A stretch of DNA of 64,000 nucleotides from Candidatus Mediterraneibacter faecavium (lineage in GTDB: Bacteria; Bacillota; Clostridia; Lachnospirales; Lachnospiraceae): assembly GCA_019119995.1 (NCBI GenBank), contig DWVY01000001.1:3472-67471 (forward strand), in the 5' to 3' direction. The translations under genes and the position numbers were made by a program. Positions 9,668-19,602 of the stretch are shown here, in pieces; the stretch's first letter is position 1, and every line of letters starts with the position of its first letter. The notes under the pieces were generated by a model, which was given only the letters and a program-made list of their open reading frames with translations, searched no databases and was not told where the DNA came from.

Positions 9668-10616
9668 GGTACTCCTTTCCCTGCCATATATCATTTTCTT
9701 TTAAGTATTGATGGAAACGATTCAGGACAGTGCGTTTTGCACTGGTCCACTGCGGCTCGATCAGCAGATCCTTCGGCCCGTCTCCGGTCAGCCTGTGGAT
9801 CACGATATCCGGACGAAGATGCGAGATGCAGCGTCCGAGCATACAGATATATGTCTCCATATCAGGCACATAGAACGGTTTCTGTCTGTAAATACCGGCG
9901 AGGTCAGTTCCCTTAAGAATGTGCAGGAGCTGACGCTTGATCCCCTGAATATCCGAATGATCCAGATAGTCGATAGTCTGGAGCATCATATCTTCCGTCT
10001 CTCCCGGAAGATACAGGATGATATGCACGATCACTTCAATTCCCGCGCTGCGGAGACGCTGCACTGCGTGGTCGAATACTTCTGTATCATATCCGCGCCG
10101 TATAAACCTCGCCGTCTCAGGATGGATCGTCTGCAGTCCCAGTTCCACCCAGACAGGTTTGATCTGATTCAGCTTTCCGAGCAGAGCAATCACATCGTCA
10201 CCCAGACAGTCAGGCCGGGTGGCAATGGAAAGCACTTTCACATCGGGGTCGTCGATCGCTTCCGTAAATATAGATTCCAGGTATCCGACCGGCGCATATG
10301 TGTTTGTAAAAGCCTGAAAATAAGCAATATAAGAAGTGACGGGGCGCTTTGAGAGCAGCTGTCTCCTGCCCGCGTCAAGCTGCTGGCGGATCGTAAGGGA
10401 GGGCCTGCCTGCAAAATCCCCCGATCCTTCTGCGCTGCAGAAGATGCAGCCTCCTGTGCCGATGCTCCCGTCCCGGTTCGGACAGGTCATCCCCCCGTTT
10501 AACGCGATCCGGTACACCTTTTCTCCGAACTGGCTCCGCAGATGAAAGTCAAGAGAGTGATATCTCTTTTCGCCCCAGCGCATGGGCTGGATATGTGATA
10601 CTATTCTGTCTGACAT
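9660..10616 (-). CDS. Radical SAM protein, YhcC/TIGR01212 type
   Basis: TCPNRDG...GGCIFCS, YFQAFTNTY, ATRPDC, ELGLQT, IHRLTGD. Confidence 0.88.
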   Translation of the reverse strand: MSDRIVSHIQPMRWGEKRYHSLDFHLRSQFGEKVYRIALNGGMTCPNRDGSIGTGGCIFCSAEGSGDFAGRPSLTIRQQLDAGRRQLLSKRPVTSYIAYFQAFTNTYAPVGYLESIFTEAIDDPDVKVLSIATRPDCLGDDVIALLGKLNQIKPVWVELGLQTIHPETARFIRRGYDTEVFDHAVQRLRSAGIEVIVHIILYLPGETEDMMLQTIDYLDHSDIQGIKRQLLHILKGTDLAGIYRQKPFYVPDMETYICMLGRCISHLRPDIVIHRLTGDGPKDLLIEPQWTSAKRTVLNRFHQYLKENDIWQGKEYHG

Positions 10617-10661
10617 AAATTCCGTAACCTGATGAAATCTTTCTGTTTAGATAAATCGTCT

Positions 10662-10812
10662 GTTCAGCCTGCGCCATTCGTAAAACCGCACTGCGTGCTT
10701 ACTGCGCGCCGCCAACGTCCGTTCAGCCGCGCCATTCGCAAAACCGCACTCACGTGCTTACTGCGGCTGCGCCGCTGTTTTGCTCATAAACGGGCGCTCA
10801 GCACATCTGCCT
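10662..10812 (+). repeat. Tandem pair (one partial, one full) of the dispersed structured repeat
   Basis: GTTCAGCCTGCGCCATTCGTAAAACCGCA at 10662 and GTTCAGCCGCGCCATTCGCAAAACCGCA at 10721. Confidence 0.8.
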
Positions 10813-10857
10813 GTCAGGAGCCGGATCCTTATGCAAGCATAAATCCGGCTCCTGACA
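10812..10857. repeat. Perfect 15-bp inverted repeat with ATGCAAGCAT apex
   Basis: TGTCAGGAGCCGGAT / ATCCGGCTCCTGACA. Confidence 0.75.
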
Positions 10858-10904
10858 TCAGATGGCTGAACTGGTGTGATATATCATATCACTTTGGACT
10901 TGAC

Positions 10905-10933
10905 TTGACAAGGGTAGGCATGAATTGTATAAT
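10905..10933 (+). promoter_or_regulatory. SigA promoter of rho
   Basis: TTGACA-17-TATAAT, perfect consensus. Confidence 0.85.
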
Positions 10934-11058
10934 AGGAAAAGATTTAGCAAAGCTTATCGATTTTATGTCAATTCAGACGATAATTCCCGAAGAGTTTTTG
11001 ATGATTTATAAGACAGAAGATTTTAATAAAATATCTATTATAGAAAGGAAAGTGTTTT

Positions 11059-12408
11059 ATGACGAGAGAAAAATACGAATCATTGCCGCTTGCAACCTTG
11101 AAAGAGCTGGCGAAAGCGAGAAAGATGAAAGGAATTTCCGGGCTTAAGAAAGGCGATCTTATTGACGCCATGCTTGCGCTGGACGAGCAGGAAGAGCAGA
11201 AAGAAGCTGCCACAGAAGCAAAAGAAGAGGTGAAAGAGGAACTCAAAGAGAAGAAGGCTGAGACAGATATCGAACAGCTCGACAGCGGGCATACTGCTGA
11301 CGGCATCCTGGAAGTCATGCAGGACGGGTTCGGATTTATCAGAAGCGACAACTATCTGCCGGGAGAAAATGATGTCTATGTATCACCGGCGCAGATCAGA
11401 AGATTCGGCCTTAAGACCGGAGATATCCTGACCGGAAATACAAGGATCAAGACACAGGGAGAGAAGTTCAGCGCCCTCCTTTACGTGTCTACGATCAACG
11501 GCCTGCGTCCGGCTGAGGCGATGAAGCGGAAGAACTTCGAGGATCTTACCCCTATATTCCCGAATAAGAGGATACGGCTGGAACAGGCAGGAAGCAGCAC
11601 GGCCATGAGGATCATGGATCTGATGTCACCGATTGGAAAAGGGCAGAGAGGAATGATCGTATCTCCTCCGAAAGCAGGTAAGACGACACTGTTAAAAGAG
11701 GTGGCGCTTTCTGTGCAGAGGTCTGAGCCGCAGATGCATCTGCTGATCCTCCTGATCGATGAGAGACCGGAGGAAGTGACGGATATTAAAGAAGCAATCT
11801 CAGGACCGAATGTGGAAGTGATCCATTCTACGTTTGACGAGCTCCCGGAACACCATAAGAGAGTGTCCGAGATGGTGATCGCCAGGGCGAAACGCCTCGT
11901 AGAGCACGGCAAGGATGTCATGATCCTTCTGGACAGTATCACAAGACTTTCCCGCGCCTATAACCTGATCGTCCCGCCGTCAGGAAGGACTCTCTCCGGC
12001 GGTCTTGATCCGGCGGCGCTGTACAGCCCGAAGCGTTTCTTTGGAGCCGCAAGAAATATGCGGGAGGGCGGAAGCCTTACGATCCTTGCAACTGCGCTTG
12101 TGGATACGGGAAGCAAGATGGACGATGTTGTGTATGAGGAGTTCAAGGGCACCGGCAATATGGAACTTATCCTTGACCGGAAGCTTCAGGAGCGGAGAGT
12201 GTTCCCTGCCATTGATATTGCAAAATCAGGGACAAGGCGTGAAGACCTGCTCCTTACCAAAGAAGAACAGGAGGCGGTCTACATCATGCGCAGAGGTTTA
12301 AACGGAATGAAAGCAGAGGAGGCTGCTGATAATCTGTTAAATATGTTCTCACGCACGAAAACAAATAATGAACTGGTCCATCAGGTGATCCGCCAGAAGT
12401 TTATCTAA
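11059..12408 (+). CDS. rho: Transcription termination factor Rho
   Basis: [49 protein letters not shown]. Confidence 0.97.
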   Translation: MTREKYESLPLATLKELAKARKMKGISGLKKGDLIDAMLALDEQEEQKEAATEAKEEVKEELKEKKAETDIEQLDSGHTADGILEVMQDGFGFIRSDNYLPGENDVYVSPAQIRRFGLKTGDILTGNTRIKTQGEKFSALLYVSTINGLRPAEAMKRKNFEDLTPIFPNKRIRLEQAGSSTAMRIMDLMSPIGKGQRGMIVSPPKAGKTTLLKEVALSVQRSEPQMHLLILLIDERPEEVTDIKEAISGPNVEVIHSTFDELPEHHKRVSEMVIARAKRLVEHGKDVMILLDSITRLSRAYNLIVPPSGRTLSGGLDPAALYSPKRFFGAARNMREGGSLTILATALVDTGSKMDDVVYEEFKGTGNMELILDRKLQERRVFPAIDIAKSGTRREDLLLTKEEQEAVYIMRRGLNGMKAEEAADNLLNMFSRTKTNNELVHQVIRQKFI

Positions 12409-12499
12409 AAAACAGTTGCAAATGAATTTATCTTATGCTACAATTAGAAAGCTGTTTAGAGATTATAATAAATAATTTTAAAATAGAGAGGTGAATATC

Positions 12500-12700
12500 A
12501 TGCGCGAAGGAATCCATCCGGAGTATCATCAGGCTACAGTAACCTGCAACTGTGGAAATACATTTGTGACAGGTTCTACTAAGGAGAATATCCACGTTGA
12601 GATCTGCTCCAAGTGCCATCCGTTCTATACAGGACAGCAGAAAGCGGCTCAGGCACGTGGCCGTGTTGACAAGTTCAACAAGAAATACGGTATTAAATAG
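12500..12700 (+). CDS. rpmE: 50S ribosomal protein L31 (Zn-binding type)
   Basis: [33 protein letters not shown]. Confidence 0.97.
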   Translation: MREGIHPEYHQATVTCNCGNTFVTGSTKENIHVEICSKCHPFYTGQQKAAQARGRVDKFNKKYGIK

Positions 12701-12714
12701 GAAACAGACACAGC

Positions 12715-12750
12715 AGGCTGAGGTGGAAGCATCTCAGCCTCTTTGTTTTA
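12715..12750 (+). terminator. Intrinsic terminator after rpmE
   Basis: AGGCTGAGGTG-GAAG-CATCTCAGCCT followed by CTTTGTTTT. Confidence 0.75.
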
Positions 12751-12798
12751 TCAGATGGAGGATCTGTCTGATGGACAAGTCTGTCTACAGGAGGAAAA

Positions 12799-13713
12799 AT
12801 GAAATCATCAAACATAGGCGGACAGGCAGTCTTAGAGGGCATCATGATGCGGAACGGCGGGAAATATTCTGTCGCAGTCCGCAGGACAGACGGTGAGATC
12901 GCGGTCGATGTGCAGGACTATCACAGTGTGATCCCGTGGAAGACGCCGCTGAAGATCCCGTTTATCCGCGGCATCTTCAGCTTCATCGATTCCCTTGTGC
13001 TCGGGATGAAGACGCTCATGTATTCCGCCAGTTTCTTTGAGGAAGAGGAAGGGGAAGAACTGACAGAGGAAGAAGCCGCAAAGCAGGAGAAGCAGGAAAA
13101 GATCTTTATGAACCTGACTGTAGTGGCCGCAGTGGTGATCGCTGTCGCTCTTTTTATGGTCCTGCCCTATTTCCTGAGCAGTTTTGTAGAAAAGTATACT
13201 GCTTCCAGGACTGCAATGACAATATTCGAGGGCGTGATCCGTGTCATGATCTTTCTGATCTATATTTTACTGATCTCAAGGACAAAAGACATTAAGAGAA
13301 CCTTTATGTATCATGGCGCTGAGCACAAATGCATCAACTGTATCGAACACGGTCTGGAACTCAATGTAGAGAATGTAAGGAAGAGTTCCAAGCAGCACAA
13401 AAGGTGCGGCACAAGCTTCCTGTTCTTCGTCATGATCGTAAGCATCATATTCTGCTTTTTTATCACAGCGGAATCCCAGGTGGCAAGGGTGCTGATCCGT
13501 ATTGCCTTATTTCCGCTGATCTCGGGAGTGTCCTATGAGATCATCCGGCTTGCCGGGAACAGTGACAATGCATTGGTCAACCTGCTGAGCCGTCCGGGGC
13601 TGTGGGTCCAGAACATGACGACAAAAGAACCGGACGACAGTATGATCGAAGTAGGGATCCGTGCGGTAGAGGAAGTCTTTGACTGGCGTACATGGCAGAG
13701 GGAGAATCTATGA
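12799..13713 (+). CDS. DUF1385 membrane protein
   Basis: IGGQAVLEGIMMR, YHGAEHK, HKRCGTSF, TTKEP; usual position before prmC-prfA. Confidence 0.88.
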   Translation: MKSSNIGGQAVLEGIMMRNGGKYSVAVRRTDGEIAVDVQDYHSVIPWKTPLKIPFIRGIFSFIDSLVLGMKTLMYSASFFEEEEGEELTEEEAAKQEKQEKIFMNLTVVAAVVIAVALFMVLPYFLSSFVEKYTASRTAMTIFEGVIRVMIFLIYILLISRTKDIKRTFMYHGAEHKCINCIEHGLELNVENVRKSSKQHKRCGTSFLFFVMIVSIIFCFFITAESQVARVLIRIALFPLISGVSYEIIRLAGNSDNALVNLLSRPGLWVQNMTTKEPDDSMIEVGIRAVEEVFDWRTWQRENL

Positions 13714-14594
13714 ATTCCGGCGATAAATGCAGTCTGGAACAAGCGTACAGACAGGGCATGGAAAAGCTAAAGAATGCCGGCGTCCCGGAGGCGGAGCTCG
13801 ACGCGTGGTATCTGCTGGAGTATGTGACCGGGATCGGACGCGCTTCCTATTATGCAGATCCTGACCTGAAGATGCCGGCGGAACAGAAAACAAAATACGA
13901 CAAATGTATCGAAGTCCGCAGCAGGCGGGTGCCTCTGCAGCATATCACCGGGGAACAGGAATTTATGGGGCTTTCTTTTCATGTGAATGAAGATGTGCTC
14001 ATTCCCAGACAGGACACGGAGATCCTTGTAGAGACAGCGCTGGAGCTCCTGGACCGCGAGAAAGATGTATTTCAAAGGGAAAGAGGGACGATCCGTCTTC
14101 TCGATCTGTGTACCGGTTCCGGCTGTATCCTTCTGAGCGTTCTCCACTATGCAAAGTGCAGGATGGAGGGGACCGGAAGTGATCTTTCAACGCGGGCGCT
14201 TACAGTTGCGGAAGGAAATGCGCAAAGACTGGGGATTGCGGCAGAGTTCATTGAAAGCGACCTGTTCAATGATATTTCCGGCAGATTTTCGATGATCCTG
14301 TCTAATCCGCCTTATATCAGAAGCTCAGAGATCGCAGGACTTCAGGACGAAGTCAGGCTCTATGATCCGATAGAAGCGCTGGACGGAAGAGCGGACGGGC
14401 TGTATTTTTACCGCAGGATCATCGCAGAGAGCCCGGCATATCTGGAAGACGGGGGATACCTGCTTTTTGAGATCGGGCACGATCAGGCGGCGGATGTGAC
14501 AGAAATGCTGCGCAGGCAGGGCTTTGACGAGATCCGTGTAAAAAAGGATCTGGCGGGGCTTGACCGCGTCGTATATGGAAGATATATTAAATAA
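13710..14594 (+). CDS. prmC: Release factor glutamine methyltransferase
   Basis: PLQHITG, VLIPRQDTE, LDLCTGSGCI, SNPPYI. Confidence 0.95.
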   Translation: MNSGDKCSLEQAYRQGMEKLKNAGVPEAELDAWYLLEYVTGIGRASYYADPDLKMPAEQKTKYDKCIEVRSRRVPLQHITGEQEFMGLSFHVNEDVLIPRQDTEILVETALELLDREKDVFQRERGTIRLLDLCTGSGCILLSVLHYAKCRMEGTGSDLSTRALTVAEGNAQRLGIAAEFIESDLFNDISGRFSMILSNPPYIRSSEIAGLQDEVRLYDPIEALDGRADGLYFYRRIIAESPAYLEDGGYLLFEIGHDQAADVTEMLRRQGFDEIRVKKDLAGLDRVVYGRYIK

Positions 14595-14637
14595 TGATGT
14601 AGTTTATGCAAGAATTTTAGTAAAGGACGTATGAGAA

Positions 14638-15708
14638 ATGTTTGACAGATTAGACGATTTGTTGATCCGGTATGAGGAAGTGATGGGTGAGCTCCAGGAG
14701 CCGGGAGTAGCGGACGACCAGGGGCGCTTCCGGAAGCTGATGAAAGAACAGAGCGACCTCGCTCCCATCGTCGAGGCATATCAGGAATATAAGGATTGTA
14801 AACAGAACGTTGACGACAGTCTTGCCATGCTTGAGGATGAGACTGATGAGGAGATGCGCGAGCTGGCGAAAGAAGAGCTGAACGAGTCGAAAAAGCGGAT
14901 CGAAGAGCTGGAGCAGGAACTGAAGATCCTTCTTCTTCCGAAAGACCCGAATGATGATAAGAATGTTATTGTCGAGATCCGCGCCGGCGCAGGCGGAGAT
15001 GAGGCCGCGCTGTTTGCTGCCGAGATCTACAGGATGTACGTGCATTATGCCGACAGCCGCGGCTGGCGGACAGAGATGATCTCATTAAATGAGAACGGGA
15101 TCGGCGGCTTCAAGGAATGTGTATTTATGATCACAGGACAGGGCGCTTACTCCAGATTGAAATACGAGAGCGGGGTTCACCGCGTCCAGAGAGTGCCGGA
15201 GACAGAGAGCGGCGGCAGGATCCATACATCAACCGTAACGGTTGCCATCATGCCTGAGGCGGAGGAAGTGGACGTTGTGATCGATGAGAAAGATATCCGC
15301 ATCGACGTCATGCGTGCATCCGGAAACGGAGGCCAGTGTGTCAATACGACAGACTCAGCGGTGCGTCTGACTCATTTCCCGACCGGGATCGTGATCTACA
15401 GCCAGACGGAGAAGTCCCAGCTTCAGAACAAAGAAAAGGCGTTCCGTCTGCTCCGTTCCAAGCTGTATGATCTGGAACTGGAGAAACAGCAGGCGTCAGA
15501 GGCTGAAGCCAGAAGAAGCCAGATCGGTACCGGAGACAGGTCGGAGAAGATCCGTACCTATAATTTCCCGCAGGGCCGTGTGACAGATCACAGGATCAAG
15601 CTGACGCTGCACAAACTGGATTCCATCTTAAACGGCGATCTGGATGAGATCATCGACAGCCTGATCGCGGCTGACCAGACGGCGAAACTGGCAAAGATGG
15701 AAGACTAG
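14638..15708 (+). CDS. prfA: Peptide chain release factor 1
   Basis: [15 protein letters not shown] (PxT), [13 protein letters not shown]. Confidence 0.97.
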   Translation: MFDRLDDLLIRYEEVMGELQEPGVADDQGRFRKLMKEQSDLAPIVEAYQEYKDCKQNVDDSLAMLEDETDEEMRELAKEELNESKKRIEELEQELKILLLPKDPNDDKNVIVEIRAGAGGDEAALFAAEIYRMYVHYADSRGWRTEMISLNENGIGGFKECVFMITGQGAYSRLKYESGVHRVQRVPETESGGRIHTSTVTVAIMPEAEEVDVVIDEKDIRIDVMRASGNGGQCVNTTDSAVRLTHFPTGIVIYSQTEKSQLQNKEKAFRLLRSKLYDLELEKQQASEAEARRSQIGTGDRSEKIRTYNFPQGRVTDHRIKLTLHKLDSILNGDLDEIIDSLIAADQTAKLAKMED

Positions 15709-15754
15709 GACGGGAAATTGTAGGAAGGCAAAAGCAAGAAAGGTGACGTGATCT

Positions 15755-16654
15755 ATGACAGAACCCATATTCAAACGACCGGAACTGGAAGATAAAGAGA
15801 TCATCACATCATATTTTCACAAATCTCCGAGCAGGAGCTGTGAGCGTACTTTTGTGAATGTATATCTCTGGTCCCGGCACTATAAAGTAAAATACGCAGT
15901 GATCGAAGATGCCCTTGTATTCCGCAGCGACGATGACGGATTATCCTTTTCTTATCCGGCGGGCGATCCTGAGAATGTGAAACGAGCGGTGGATTACCTG
16001 GCAGGATACTGCAAAGAGAAAGAGTGTCCGCTTGTATTCTATAATGTGACGCCGGAAATGTTCACACAGCTTGAAAAATGGTATCCGGGAAGATTTACGG
16101 TGGAATATGACCGGGATATCGCAGACTACGTGTACGAGACGGAAAAGCTCGCAACATTAGCCGGCAAGAAGCTGCACGGCAAACGCAATCATATTAACAA
16201 GTTCAAAAACCTGTATCCGGACTGGACCTATGAGACGCTCTCGGACGATAATGTAGAAGAATGTTTCCAGATGGCTCTGAAATGGAGAAACCAGAACGGG
16301 TGCGAGGATGATCCGGAGAAGAATTCGGAGATGTGCGTCACGCTGAATTCCCTGCGTCTGTATAAGGAGCTGGAGCTGACGGGCGGTGTCCTGAAAGCAG
16401 GCGGAAAGATCGTGGCATTTACGATCGGAGAGCCCTTGTGTGACGACACGTTTGTCGTCCATATCGAGAAAGCCTTTGCCGATGTGGACGGAGCTTATCC
16501 TATGATCAACCAGCAGTTCGTACAGCATGAATGCATGGAGTACAAATATGTAAACCGGGAAGAAGATACCGGCGCGGAAGGACTTAGAAAAGCAAAATTA
16601 TCCTACAGGCCGGCATTTCTTGAAGAAAAAGGAATCGTAAAAGAAACGGAGTGA
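15755..16654 (+). CDS. DUF2156 (phosphatidylglycerol lysyltransferase C-terminal-like, GNAT) protein
   Basis: LAGKKLHGKRNHINKF, VHIEKA, YVNREEDTGAEGLRKAKLSY. Confidence 0.82.
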   Translation: MTEPIFKRPELEDKEIITSYFHKSPSRSCERTFVNVYLWSRHYKVKYAVIEDALVFRSDDDGLSFSYPAGDPENVKRAVDYLAGYCKEKECPLVFYNVTPEMFTQLEKWYPGRFTVEYDRDIADYVYETEKLATLAGKKLHGKRNHINKFKNLYPDWTYETLSDDNVEECFQMALKWRNQNGCEDDPEKNSEMCVTLNSLRLYKELELTGGVLKAGGKIVAFTIGEPLCDDTFVVHIEKAFADVDGAYPMINQQFVQHECMEYKYVNREEDTGAEGLRKAKLSYRPAFLEEKGIVKETE

Positions 16655-16659
16655 GAACA

Positions 16660-17847
16660 ATGATATCTAAGAAAATGGAAAACATGGTGGCAAACAGTTC
16701 TGCGATCCGCGCAATGTTTGAGGAGGGCAACAGACTGGCGAAGATCTACGGCGCTGAAAACGTATTTGATTTCAGCCTCGGCAACCCGAATGTGCCGGCG
16801 CCTGAAGCGGTGAAAAAGGCGATCATCGAGCTTCTGGATGAAGAGGATCCGGTCGTGCTGCACGGCTATACGAACAGCAACGCGGGATACGAAGACGTGC
16901 GGCAGGCTGTGGCAGAGTCGCTGAACAAACGCTTCGGCACCGCATTTGCGGCTCAGAATATTACGATGACGGTAGGAGCCGCGGGAGGACTCAATGTGAT
17001 CCTCAAGGCGCTTTTAAATCCGGGCGATGAAGTTGTTGTCTTTGCTCCGTATTTCGGCGAATACAGAAGTTACGTGAACAACTATGACGGCGTTCTTGTG
17101 GAAGTGTCTCCGAATACGATAGATTTCCAGCCGAAACTGGATGAATTTGAAGAGAAGATCACACCTAAGACCCGCGCCGTGATCGTCAACACGCCGAACA
17201 ACCCGACGGGCGTGGTGTACTCGGAAGATACGATCAAAAAGATGGCTGCCATTATGGAGAAAAAGCAGAAAGAGTATGGCACAGATATCTATCTGATCTC
17301 TGATGAACCTTACAGAGAACTGGCGTATGACGGAGTGGAGGTTCCGTATCTGACCAAATATTATGCAAATACGATCGTAGGATACTCTTACAGCAAATCA
17401 CTTTCCCTGCCGGGCGAGCGCATCGGATATCTTGTGATCCCGGACGAGGCCGCTGACAGCGAAAATCTGATCGCTGCTGCAAATGTGGCGACCCGTATCC
17501 TTGGATTTGTCAATGCGCCGACACTCCAGCAGAAAGTGGTAAAGGCATGCCTGGATGAGAAAACAGACATCTCATTCTACGACAGAAACAGAGAGACATT
17601 GTACAATGGACTGAAAGAGCTCGGCTTCGAGTGTATCAAACCGGAAGGCGCATTCTACCTGTTCGTGAAATCACCGGTTGCCGATGAAAAAGAATTCTGC
17701 GCGGCGGCGAAAAAATATAATATCCTGATCGTGCCGGGAAGTTCCTTTGCGTGTCCGGGATATGTAAGGATCGCATACTGCGTGGCTTACGAGACGATCG
17801 TTAATTCTCTGCCGAAGTTCGCAGAGCTGGCTGGAGAATACAGATAA
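16660..17847 (+). CDS. PLP-dependent class I/II aminotransferase (aspartate aminotransferase-like)
   Basis: NTPNNPTG, ISDEPY, SYSKSLSLPGERIG, PEGAFY. Confidence 0.92.
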   Translation: MISKKMENMVANSSAIRAMFEEGNRLAKIYGAENVFDFSLGNPNVPAPEAVKKAIIELLDEEDPVVLHGYTNSNAGYEDVRQAVAESLNKRFGTAFAAQNITMTVGAAGGLNVILKALLNPGDEVVVFAPYFGEYRSYVNNYDGVLVEVSPNTIDFQPKLDEFEEKITPKTRAVIVNTPNNPTGVVYSEDTIKKMAAIMEKKQKEYGTDIYLISDEPYRELAYDGVEVPYLTKYYANTIVGYSYSKSLSLPGERIGYLVIPDEAADSENLIAAANVATRILGFVNAPTLQQKVVKACLDEKTDISFYDRNRETLYNGLKELGFECIKPEGAFYLFVKSPVADEKEFCAAAKKYNILIVPGSSFACPGYVRIAYCVAYETIVNSLPKFAELAGEYR

Positions 17848-17926
17848 GCGGCTGAGAAATGCAGGTTGGCTGAGGAATACAGATAAGCGGCTGAGAAATA
17901 CAGGCTGGCTGAGGAATACAAATAAG
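17827..17926 (+). repeat. 39-bp tandem repeat, about 2.5 copies, derived from the aminotransferase 3' end
   Basis: YTGGCTGRRGAATACAGATAAGCGGCTGAGAAATRCAGG at 17827 and 17866, partial at 17905. Confidence 0.85.
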
Positions 17927-17940
17927 AGCAGGAGAATACT

Positions 17941-19014
17941 ATGAAAATCAGAGATGAACTTCTTAGAAATATACGTCAGGTAGAGCCCTATGTTCCGGGG
18001 GAACAGCCTCAGGAGCAGGTTGTCAAGCTGAACACAAATGAGAATCCTTATCCTCCGTCGCCGGAGGTGAAGAAAGCGCTGGCTTCACTGGATACAGATG
18101 CATTCCGTCTGTATCCGGACCCGGCATCCAGCGTGCTTGTTAAGGCACTTGCGGATCAGTATCAGGTCGGTGAAGATCAGGTGTTTGTGGGGGTCGGTTC
18201 TGACGACGTGCTTTCTCTGTGTTTCCTGACGTTTTTTAATTCAGATAAGCCGATTTTATTTCCTGATATCACATACTCTTTCTACAAGGTATGGGCACAG
18301 CTCTACCGGATCCCCTATGAGTGTCCGAAGCTGAATGAGGACTTCCGTATTGTAAAAGAGGATTATTACCGGGAAAACGGCGGTGTTATCTTCCCGAATC
18401 CGAATGCACCGACGGCAGTTTATGAAGAACTGGATTTCATCGAGGATATTCTGGAACACAACAGGGATTCTATTGTGATCGTGGATGAAGCCTATGTGGA
18501 TTTCGCGGGACGCTCTGCGATCGAACTGATCGGCCGTTATGATAATCTGATCGTTACACAGACATTTTCCAAGGCGCGCAGCATGGCGGGAATGCGGATC
18601 GGATATGCGATCGCGGATCCGGAGCTGATCCGGTGTCTGAATGATGTAAAGTATTCTTTCAACTCTTATACCATGAGCAGGGCGGCATTGGTCTGCGGCG
18701 CTGCAGCGGTAAAGGACAGAGAATATTTTGAAGAAAATGTCCGCAAGATAATAAGGACGCGGGAATGGGCAAAAGAAGAACTCAAGTCCCTGGGGTTTGT
18801 CATGACAGATTCAAAAGCAAATTTTATCTTCGCAAGACATCCGGGATACGACGCCGGAACGTTATTTGAAGAGCTGAAAGCAGAGCATATTTATGTCCGT
18901 CACTGGGATGAAGAGAGGATCGGACAGTATCTGCGGATCACGGTGGGCACCGATGCTGAGATGAAGATCCTGTTTGATTTTTTGAAAAAAGCGGTTCATC
19001 CAACCGGGTGTTGA
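17941..19014 (+). CDS. hisC: Histidinol-phosphate aminotransferase
   Basis: KLNTNENPYPPS, GVGSDD, VDEAYVDF, TFSKARSMAGMRIG. Confidence 0.93.
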   Translation: MKIRDELLRNIRQVEPYVPGEQPQEQVVKLNTNENPYPPSPEVKKALASLDTDAFRLYPDPASSVLVKALADQYQVGEDQVFVGVGSDDVLSLCFLTFFNSDKPILFPDITYSFYKVWAQLYRIPYECPKLNEDFRIVKEDYYRENGGVIFPNPNAPTAVYEELDFIEDILEHNRDSIVIVDEAYVDFAGRSAIELIGRYDNLIVTQTFSKARSMAGMRIGYAIADPELIRCLNDVKYSFNSYTMSRAALVCGAAAVKDREYFEENVRKIIRTREWAKEELKSLGFVMTDSKANFIFARHPGYDAGTLFEELKAEHIYVRHWDEERIGQYLRITVGTDAEMKILFDFLKKAVHPTGC

Positions 19015-19051
19015 CCTGCTGCAGCTATATAAACCCCTGCCTCTGGAAACG

Positions 19052-19080
19052 TTGACAGCTTTGGGATGATTCCGTATAAT
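19052..19080 (+). promoter_or_regulatory. SigA promoter
   Basis: TTGACA-17-TATAAT, perfect consensus. Confidence 0.85.
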
Positions 19081-19108
19081 GAAAACAGAACTAAAAGGGG
19101 TGGAATAT

Positions 19109-19507
19109 ATGATCTACGAAAATAACGAAGAAAAGAGAAGTACGATCTGGCGCACGATCCTGACTGTATCCTCCGTTCTTATCATAATCATAGCCGTATT
19201 TTTTATTGTGAAGCTATTCACAGGGAATCCTCTGGAGGGGACATGGGTAAGCGAAGGCTCCGGCGACAGGATCGAAATTACCGATGATAATGAAATGTAC
19301 ATTCATCCGGAAGAGGGCGGGGAATATACTGTGATCCGGTGTAATGTAGACACAAAGACGAAAGTGCTTACAGTCGGCGGTGAGGACGCTGTTGATTCTG
19401 ATATTATACAGCCGGGAACCTATAACTACAATGTAGAGCAGAATACACTGACGCTGACAGAACGCGAATATGGAGACCAGCTTGTGTTTATGCGTGAGCA
19501 GGAATAG
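19109..19507 (+). CDS. Hypothetical membrane-anchored protein
   Basis: One N-terminal TM helix, NPLEGTW beta-rich ectodomain; GGGGTGG RBS. Confidence 0.7.
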   Translation: MIYENNEEKRSTIWRTILTVSSVLIIIIAVFFIVKLFTGNPLEGTWVSEGSGDRIEITDDNEMYIHPEEGGEYTVIRCNVDTKTKVLTVGGEDAVDSDIIQPGTYNYNVEQNTLTLTEREYGDQLVFMREQE

Positions 19508-19602
19508 AGATTAGGAGAGTTCCGCGTGCGGGACTCTCCTGTTGTAACTGGGCGTGAAACCGGCTTCCCCGGTTGAAATGTAAAAAATAAGGGAGAAGAT
19601 AT

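Noticed and set aside
10632-11147. 171-aa ORF upstream of rho
   Set aside because: Runs through repeat elements and the rho promoter; the translation simply reflects the repeats
17827-17926. Possible mini-CRISPR array
   Set aside because: The units are contiguous tandem copies with no unique spacers, and no cas genes are nearby
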